Positions 56,505 to 64,000 of a stretch of 64,000 nucleotides of DNA are shown piece by piece. Position 1 is the stretch's first letter; every line of letters begins with the position of its first letter. The stretch comes from Eutreptiella sp. 'Long Island Sound 2002' (lineage: Eukaryota; Protista; Euglenida): contig OZ038378.1 of assembly GCA_964036045.1 (NCBI GenBank), positions 156,612,001 to 156,676,000 on the forward strand, read 5' to 3'. The position numbers were made by a program, and so were the translations under genes. The notes beneath the pieces are model-generated. The model did no database searches. It saw only the letters and a program-made list of their open reading frames with translations, and was not told where the DNA came from.

Positions 56505-57480
56505 CTGCACCGCGAACATAACAATGGAATGTCAGGCGTGCGCGCGAGGGGCACCACTGCAGACGATGTGCGGTTATCCCCCGCCCCCACTGTTCCAGCA
56601 CCGCCCCAAGCACAGAGACCCACTATACCACCGCCGCGTGGCTCTCACGGAAGGCTGATGCCTCTGCACGGGATCACTGTGACCTCCAGCCATGGGAATC
56701 AAGAAGGGGGCACGTCTATGGGCCCCGTGGCTGCGCAGCGTTTGGGTCGACTGTTGTTGCGCTGCCGGCCGATTGTCCAGCCTTGTCCCAGTTCAAAGGG
56801 CACATTCCAAATTCAATCCCGAGTCTCAAAGAGTTTGACATCTTTGCAGCACCGGACCTTGCCACCGCCCAGACCACTTCTGCCCCCGGTCGGTTGCACT
56901 TCATCCAACTCCAGACCCCTCTCACCAGACCCCCCCCCCCACCCCTCTCCAGGCCCCTCCGTACGGCATTTGTTGCCCGTAGCCCGTGACGTCTGTTGCC
57001 CCCAGTCGATCCTTTCGTGGGGGCCCCTCTTCCATTCCCTCATTCGTACGTCTGTGTTCACAGCGCCAGTGCTTCTCCTGCAGGGCTGTGCATTGCCCTG
57101 GACTCTCGGCTGCGGGGGTTCATGCTTTCCTCTTTTGGTGGTTAGAGCATGCGACTCCCTCCGGTTTGGGATGCCCACGGGAGTTGGGGGGCTCGTAGGA
57201 CACGGGCCCCTTGGCCGTTGGTGACACGAGATTGATGGTTCTAAAATGTCTGCGTCGTCGTCTCCGGTGGTGCTTTGCCTTCTGGGCCGCGTTTGGGGGA
57301 GGGGCATTGGAAGGGCGTGGGGCCTCCTGGAGAGAGACCGGGGGGGGGGGGCACACAGCGCCCCCCTCCCCCCCGGCGTTCATTAATGGTCAGACGCACG
57401 TAAACTGCTCGTCTTTGGCACTGCCCATCCTCCAACGCACCGCCACGAATCTAGCGAGGGGCAGAGGGGATCAACCATAC

Positions 57481-57698
57481 CCACCACTGCCCGCCAGATC
57501 TTTTGCGATGCGCCAAACTTCTGTAAATGCAGCAAACTCCTGTGCGTATCCGAGAAATATGAAGAGATGGCGCAGTGCCACTTCCGTCTGCAGCTTCGGA
57601 TGAATGCCAGAGTCTCGCTGCTTGCGCAGCGCTTTCCAGTACTCCTGGGCAGTGGGCTTGCGCCCTGGGAACACCTCATCAGTCAATGCCACACACCC
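57481..57698 (-). CDS. Gene A, exon 5 (GCVALTDEVF...KDLAGSG)
   Basis: (CT)n tract, then ATCAG| ... GG|GTATGG; 218 nt. Confidence 0.8.
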
Positions 57699-57717
57699 CT
57701 GATACACAGAGGGAGAG

Positions 57718-57719
57718 GC

Positions 57720-57770
<51 letters not shown>
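57718..57770. repeat. (GA)n microsatellite forming the polypyrimidine tract of gene A exon 5; (CA)n runs also at about 18175-18205, 47642-47675 and 49184-49222
   Basis: Directly visible. Confidence 0.9.
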
Positions 57771-57773
<3 letters not shown>

Positions 57774-59777
57774 AGGCACGCCTTACCTTTGAGGCCTATT
57801 GTCCCCTGTTTTCCCCAGTCATGATTGTGTCCGACGCCCTCCACAAATGGACGTGGCTACTGCGGTTGATGCGGTCGCGTGCACCCACCCCCAAGAATCC
57901 CGGTATCCAGTATCCACGGGTCTATCTCAACCTCGCACCACTTCTACCTCAGCGGGCCACTCGGAGAAAAGCGGAATTTCGAGACGGAACGCAGTCTTTG
58001 AGCCACACGTCAAGAACCTTCCGGCAAGTCCGGTGCACTGGGAAAACACAGGTGCGGCAAATCGATGCCACATGAACGTGACCTCAATGCGTTTCGGGCA
58101 AACTTGAGTTTCGATGTGACGCTGGTGTTGCACCGCTGTGAGCCGCAGGTGGAGACAGGGGGGAAGAGGGAGAGGGAGAAACAGAGGCACACGCACAGGC
58201 ACACGTCGAGGCAGGAACAGATGTACAGTCACAGGCAGAGGCAGGGGCAGAGGCGTCGTATTTCCGTGAATCTGGGAAAAGGTGTCGCCCACAATTTTTA
58301 TCTGCGGTGTGACTGTCGCGAGTAAACACAAGATCCAAATCAAAAACTAAGCGTCGCAGAAATAAAATCCTTTATCAGAACGCTCATTTGGTGTTGCACG
58401 ATCAAACAGCATATCATCATGACGCATGCGTTTTGTGAAATGAGATTGTTCGATTGTCTGGTTGCGAACATTGGCAAATGGCTGATGGAATCGTTTTCGG
58501 TTCGCACGCCGCTCTTGGCCATGCACTGCCGTCAGTGTGAAACTCGATTTGTCGTATTGTCGACTATATTTCGGACGCTCTCAACCTTCCAATTGAAGAA
58601 AACCCCAATCTTCGACTGAAACATTTCGTTGGTCACTCTTCAGAGCGGCCACCAAGCGCAAAGTGTGCAAAGGGTTCGCATGGTTTTCATGAATCTACAC
58701 AGTCCTTTGCTCTACACCTGCTGCCTCTGGTGCACTTTGGGTTACAATTTTGAATTCTTTGGCAAAATTTGGCCTGCTTCGCTGGTTGACATGAGGAAAG
58801 TGTTTAGGTCCCCTCTGATTGGAATGGGGTTTTTCAGTCAAATAGGCTGTCAAGGCTTCTGATCAGAAAATTGAAATCTAAAAATATTTCAGAAATCGGG
58901 TTCCCTCACAACATCCACAAATCATCCCCGACCAAAAAATCCCCATCCAACCCTCTCACTTTGTTAGACAAGTCTGCTTTGAGAAAACATGGATTTATCA
59001 TATCTCGAAAATTGTAGAACGTTCATCGCTGGGCAAATCGTTCGGTAACAATCGTTTAAATCAATTTCTTGCCGTGGCCCTCTTTGTTGCCACCAAGAAT
59101 AGAATGAAAACCTGAAAGAATGAAAGGTCACATTCATAAGCCTCTCATCTCCAGCCCCGTTGCGTAAGTGGCTCTTGTTTGGACTTTTCTGTATCAAGGA
59201 GTCAAACCTCATTGTTTTCGTGACACAGCACCGTTCAATCTTCACCACCAATCTCCTTCTGAAGCGAAGATTGCGCTTTGCCACCATAGGAGCATGGGAC
59301 GAAGAAGGAGAGTCATGAAGGCGAAGGAGGAAAATTGGTGGAATGACCCTGAAAATGATGCCAAAGCATTCCCGGTCGGAATTCATGCCCTCCAATAATT
59401 GATTGGGGTCAGAATTTGCAATGTCGTCGTTCATACTTCAATGACACCTCACGGCTGCCTGAGTGGCAGCCTCAATTCTGCACAAACCGCTACATACCTA
59501 CATTACATTCCGTGTTGCACTGCTTCCAATGTGCCGCCATCGGGCTTGCATTTGTTGCCACAAGATGGCTGCTGAGTGTGTATCTACTACAGATTTTAGG
59601 CACTGTTCCTGAGATTTCGTACTCGTGAATCTAGGGAAATAGTCTTTTATGTTTCTTGTCATTCTATAGTACATACAGCATCGCCGTTGTACATATTGCT
59701 ATCAAGGCAGCGGTGTACATCATGTTAGATGCATGTGCGGAGGCTTGGGCGGATGGAGCAGATGTGCTGGCAACAAC

Positions 59778-60018
59778 CTGATTCCCAATGAAAAGATTGC
59801 CCCCCGCTTCGCCATTCATGATGGCCTCCACCTGCAACCCATGATCCTCAGGGGTCCGCATGATCGCATCGAAGCCGGCTTGCACTTCTGGGGTGCGGCA
59901 CAGCGCTGAACATGTGCGGGCAATGTATGTGCTGTTGTACGGGGCCTTGCCCTCAGCAAGGGAGCCGTAGTGAAACTCACGGCCGAAATCGTTGTCACAG
60001 TAGACGTAGAGACCGTAC
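59778..60018 (-). CDS. Gene A, exon 4 (YGLYVYCDNDFG...LFIGNQ)
   Basis: ATCAG| ... CAG|GTTGTT; 241 nt. Missed as a whole by the ORF track. Confidence 0.8.
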
Positions 60019-62916
60019 CTGATGGATACCGCAGGGTTTCCTTAGAGCAGGGGAGGAGGGGGTCAATCACCGCATTCAATTCCTAATGAAGGTGAGCTAA
60101 GCGAGAGGGGGGGGGTGGGGGCGAAAGGCCGGCCTGTGCTTGAAGAAGGGGCCGTCCGAAGGGGGTCTCTGGCGCGGTCACAAAAGCAGTTGTTAAAGCG
60201 GTTGCGGAAAAATACGGGTGGCTGCGAAACGGTTGGAGAGCGGTTGGAGACAGACGGAAATTGGGGCGGAACGGACCATCGTTGCCGAATGAGGGGGGAG
60301 GGCGTCACCACCAAGGGTGCGTTGGAAGGGGGCGAGGTACACCCCCCCTTCCAGGGCGCCCAGCCTACGCCCAGCCACTGTCTCCCTGGCGGCAAGTGCC
60401 AGGCTCAACAGCATTTGTAACCGACAGTAACCGCCCCCAACCACTTTGGCAACCCCCTCCAACCGCCTGTTGAACCACCTCTGGGGCCGCCTCTGAGGCC
60501 CTTTCCCTTCTAGTGCATCCCTGGTCACCACCCTCTGCAAGCACAGGCCAAGGGAGTGGGATGGGCTTTGGTAGAAGGAGGTGGGGGAGTGGGGCTCTGG
60601 GCAAAAAGACCCTTCTCCAATGGCCCCCAACACGGAGTCTGTGCACCTGGAACACATCACTGTGCCGATCAAACCACGACGGGGATGCGTGCACCGCTAC
60701 ACCCAACCCTCTGTCGCCATACCCCCTCGATGCCAGGGAAGAAAGTACCATATCACAGACCCCAATGGGCACAATACCCGCAACACCTGAAGCAAAAAGT
60801 TGTATCTGAGGCTTTGGACACTCTTCACAACTCAACCACCCCCTCGAACAGGAAGAGGGGGGGGGGGGGTTGGCACAAAGCCTTGGTGGTTGGCTCTGTT
60901 AGCCTGTGGCGGCGCCTATTGGCGGAACGGGAGGGGGGGGGGGGGGCAGGGGTGCATTAGAAGGGAAAGGACCGCAGAGGCGGCTTTCTGAACTGCCCCC
61001 CGCGCTCAATCGTTTTGCGGGTTTCTTGAGTCCTTCCCGAGACCCAAACGCGTTAATGCCGCATGAAGGGAAATCGCACGAAAGAAGACAACCGCTTGTC
61101 GCTGTGCATTTGGGACGCATTAGTGTGGGGGCGCATCGGTGTGGAATGTAAGCCCCGTGCACACGAACAGGGGATCTGGAGACATGATCCTTGGAGCAGT
61201 GAAAAAGGTGGTTTTGGGGCGCAGAGGCCCCCTGCAGAGGGGCGGTGGGGGGCGGGAAAGGAAAGGGGGTTTCCGGGGACCTCCGCCAACATGCAGGTCT
61301 GCCGCGGCTGATGGTCAACACCTTGACCCCGTTGTTGAGGGGAAAGAGACCAAATGGGGCGTACTGCACACGGTGCATGTGGTGTGGGACGATCCGTACG
61401 GGGACCCACCGCCGCAGGGCGATGAAATGCCGCGCAGGCGTAATTTTGGACACTGAAAGGATTGTTGACCGTCCGTTTGGCTGGCCACCACTGATTACAG
61501 TTCTTTGGGGGCGCAAACCCCCGTTGCCCTTGTTTTGGCAGCCAACAAAGCTACTCAACAAAGAGAACGCTGCTGATGCATTGCGCACGCAATGCCGACT
61601 TTTGAGGGCCACAGTGGCGACCGGGACCCTCGACCCTCAACCCCCAAGACCGCCTGCACACGGGGCTGCAAGGGTAATGGCGGGACCTCAACCCATACTC
61701 CCACACGTACAGGCCAGTGGTTCGGCTTGGGGGCCTCGCTATTTGGACTGTTGCGCCTCCCACACCGCATCTGCTGTACATCTGTATGCGCTGGTAGTCG
61801 CACCACTAACGAACTCCATACGCCTGCCGGCGGCTCCTTGGGTTGGGGCGAGGCAAGGGGTGTTGGTTGCAAAATGGGGCGAGGCTCGGCTGAGATGCAC
61901 CTTGTCCCAGAACAACGCGTGCACATGCTCGCATGAGTGAAGCAAGCGCGCCGCGAGCACCGCGCATAGCACCGCGCGTGCACCACCCGCTCTCCCATTG
62001 GTGCCATGCCATGTACCTTTTAACAGATTTCAGAGTGGGAGGGACGCGGTGGCCTACGGGGTTGGCATACAATACAGAGGCCTTCACTCTACCTCCTCAC
62101 CAATGCCGTGGTGGTGATACACACCCCCTGCCAGGGGAGGGCCGTTGACCGCGGAGATACCTCTTCGGCATGACCCGTCACACCAAAAGAGGATGCCCCA
62201 CAGGATGCCCAAGCCTGTGAGGCTCAGGCTGAGTGGTTCGCATCACCGTCTCATGGGGTGCCTAATCCTGCAACGCAGTAGTTTCACATTGTTTTACGTT
62301 CAGATACTTCCACATCACTTACTGAAGAGTCCTCCTCTCTCGGCTCCGAATAGTGGGGAGGACAGCTGCTATCAGAACAAGCAGCGGTCAGATGGTAATG
62401 CAGCCGACCGCCCGCGGACTTGTGGGGCGGCGGTTTGAATCCCGGTCGGCCGACCATAGCGGCGGCGCCACCTACGACAGTCGGCTGGCCAGAATTCGAA
62501 CTGCCAACCAACAAGTCTGAAGTCGGCTGCATTACCATTCGACCGCTGTCCCTTCTGACAGAATCTCTTCTCCCTATTGCTTGAACCCTTCTGAGCACAA
62601 ACTTTTGACCCCCCCCACCCCCCACCCCCCCCCTCAAAAAAGTGATATCCAGTTTTAGGGGATAGAGGCCTCAGAATCAAAAAATCCATTGGGGGGTTGT
62701 CTTATTGGGCAAAATAATGATTTTACAAGGGGTTGGACATCAAATATCATGCCTTGGGGTATGCTACGCAAATGACCCCCAAAAAGGGGGGGTATACGAC
62801 GCCCGCACCTGCGCTTGATCTGACAACCGCTCTTCGAGGTGATTTTAGGGAAATCTAGGGCTTTTTTGTCATCATTCTTGCCCCACCACAGAGCAGTGCA
62901 CCGGGTCTGAACACAC

Positions 62917-63018
62917 TTGATCATGGCCGCAATAATCGTTTTGCAATTGTTAATGAGGTGCTCCAATTTGTTCCGGACACAGCCCGTGTTGTACTCCCGT
63001 TGCAGCACCGGCAAGACC
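62917..63018 (-). CDS. Gene A, exon 3 (VLPVLQREYNTG...AAMI)
   Basis: CTGCAG| ... AA|GTGTGT; 102 nt. The split codons give W and K at the two junctions. Confidence 0.75.
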
Positions 63019-63633
63019 CTGCAGCATGCGTCACAGTGGCACGATGAGGGCACGGCACTGTACAGACCCATGCGTAACACAAAGGGCGAAGCAGCGGACG
63101 CGCATTTCGATGCCTACGCTCCCGGAGGTCGCTCTGACGATGAGCCCCAGCGAAAGCTCCAAAATCGGACGGTGGACTTTACGTGGCAACGGACACCATT
63201 TGTCCTGGTGCAACACTTGATGGGCACACTGGGGTTCAAAGAAGAAGAGTGAGAAAGAAAGCGGGTGACCGTACACGCAGTCATATTCGGGTGGTCACTG
63301 ACGGCGGTCGGGCAGTGGCCAATGGCAAGAGTAACCAAAGGCAGTTGGGGGGCAACCGACCGCAGTTGGACAGTAACTGACGGCGGTTGGGCGGTAACTG
63401 ACGGTGGTTGACCAGTCGTCTTGGGCGCACCCTAAGGGCGCTCATTAGCGAAAAAAACAAAAAGAGGAAAGGGCGGGGCCATAAATGAGCACCCTGAATT
63501 CAAGGGCTGCAATTACGCCCCTCCTCCCTTGCACTTTTGCATCATCTGACGGAGTCCTTGGTATCTGTTGTTGCCCTTCTCCTGCGTACCGTCAAAAAGC
63601 CCGAAGCAGGGCAGCATGACCATATGTTAGTAC

Positions 63634-63848
63634 CACACGCGAACCTCGCCCATGACGTCAAACCTTGTCGTTAGGTCCAGCCGCACGCGCTCCATCGTGA
63701 GCAACGAATTGTTCTTCGCGGTGTCGGTGCCGAATGCGGATTTCGAGTCGAAATACTTCTCGTCGCCCAGCATTTCGATGTAATGCACCCGCTGCTCGAC
63801 GCTGCGGATCGTCGTTTGGGACACGTGTGTGACGCAGGCCAGCACAAC
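63634..63848 (-). CDS. Gene A, exon 2 (VVLACVTH...GEVRV)
   Basis: ACGCAG| ... TG|GTACTA; 215 nt, GC3-rich. Confidence 0.8.
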
Positions 63849-63931
63849 CTGCGTGAGGACGCGGACGGTGCACCGGGCCGGGGCTGCACCTCTGCCTCAG
63901 CCTCAGCCTCAGCTTTCACCAAAACCTTTAC

Positions 63932-63980
63932 CTGTTGCCTCTGCCCGGGGTCTTTCTCTGTCCCTGCCAGGGGGAAGGCG
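63932..63980 (-). CDS. Gene A, first visible exon (AFPLAGTEKDPGQRQQ); the gene continues beyond the window
   Basis: CTACAG| ... CAG|GTAAAG; 49 nt, with an 83-nt intron to the next exon. Confidence 0.6.
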
Positions 63981-64000
63981 CTGTAGCACAGGGGAAGGGG

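Noticed and set aside
58964-59434. 156-aa minus-strand ORF in an AT-rich intron segment
   Set aside because: No recognisable motifs, codon usage unlike the host exons, and gene A splices in phase without it.
1-64000. rRNA, intact tRNA or spliced-leader RNA genes
   Set aside because: None recognised. All tRNA-like segments lack a pairing acceptor stem or are SINE heads.

Overview
Repeat-dense eukaryotic genomic DNA with spliceosomal GT-AG introns, homopolymer tracts and nested transposons. It is not prokaryotic: I found no rRNA, intact tRNA or CRISPR array. Several dispersed repeat families resemble ones I recall from euglenid (Eutreptiella-like) sequence; that assignment is unverified inference. 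Most ORFs in the supplied track are spurious GC-rich or low-complexity frames. Host genes, all on the minus strand: (A) an 8-exon, phase-consistent gene of unknown function (63980-50091, 5'-partial); (B) a phase-consistent exon trio at 46996-46039, plus a multi-TM exon near 32.3-32.8 kb that may belong to the same gene; (C) a RING (C3HC4) protein with a putative PP2/Nictaba-like lectin domain (29921-29016). Mobile elements of note: (1) a 4-unit tandem array (about 1.86 kb period, 8.9-16.8 kb) of an endonuclease-less Penelope-like RT with an FRDN catalytic motif, followed by a densely structured ~340-nt non-coding segment and inserted at the poly-C tract of a ~200-bp satellite monomer; (2) a decayed LINE 3' end followed by an overlapping Ulp1/SENP-like cysteine protease ORF (1-3.2 kb); (3) a near-intact LINE (ORF1; APE-RT-zinc finger-RNase H) inside a TA-flanked element with perfect 26-bp TIRs, bracketed by a ~95-bp direct duplication (35661-42325). 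The window also holds a tRNA-derived SINE with a (TTACC)n tail and 15-bp TSD, several MITE families, a DIRS-type adenine methyltransferase remnant and an orphan, partly duplicated dynein heavy-chain exon. All protein family calls come from motif recognition by eye; no searches were run.
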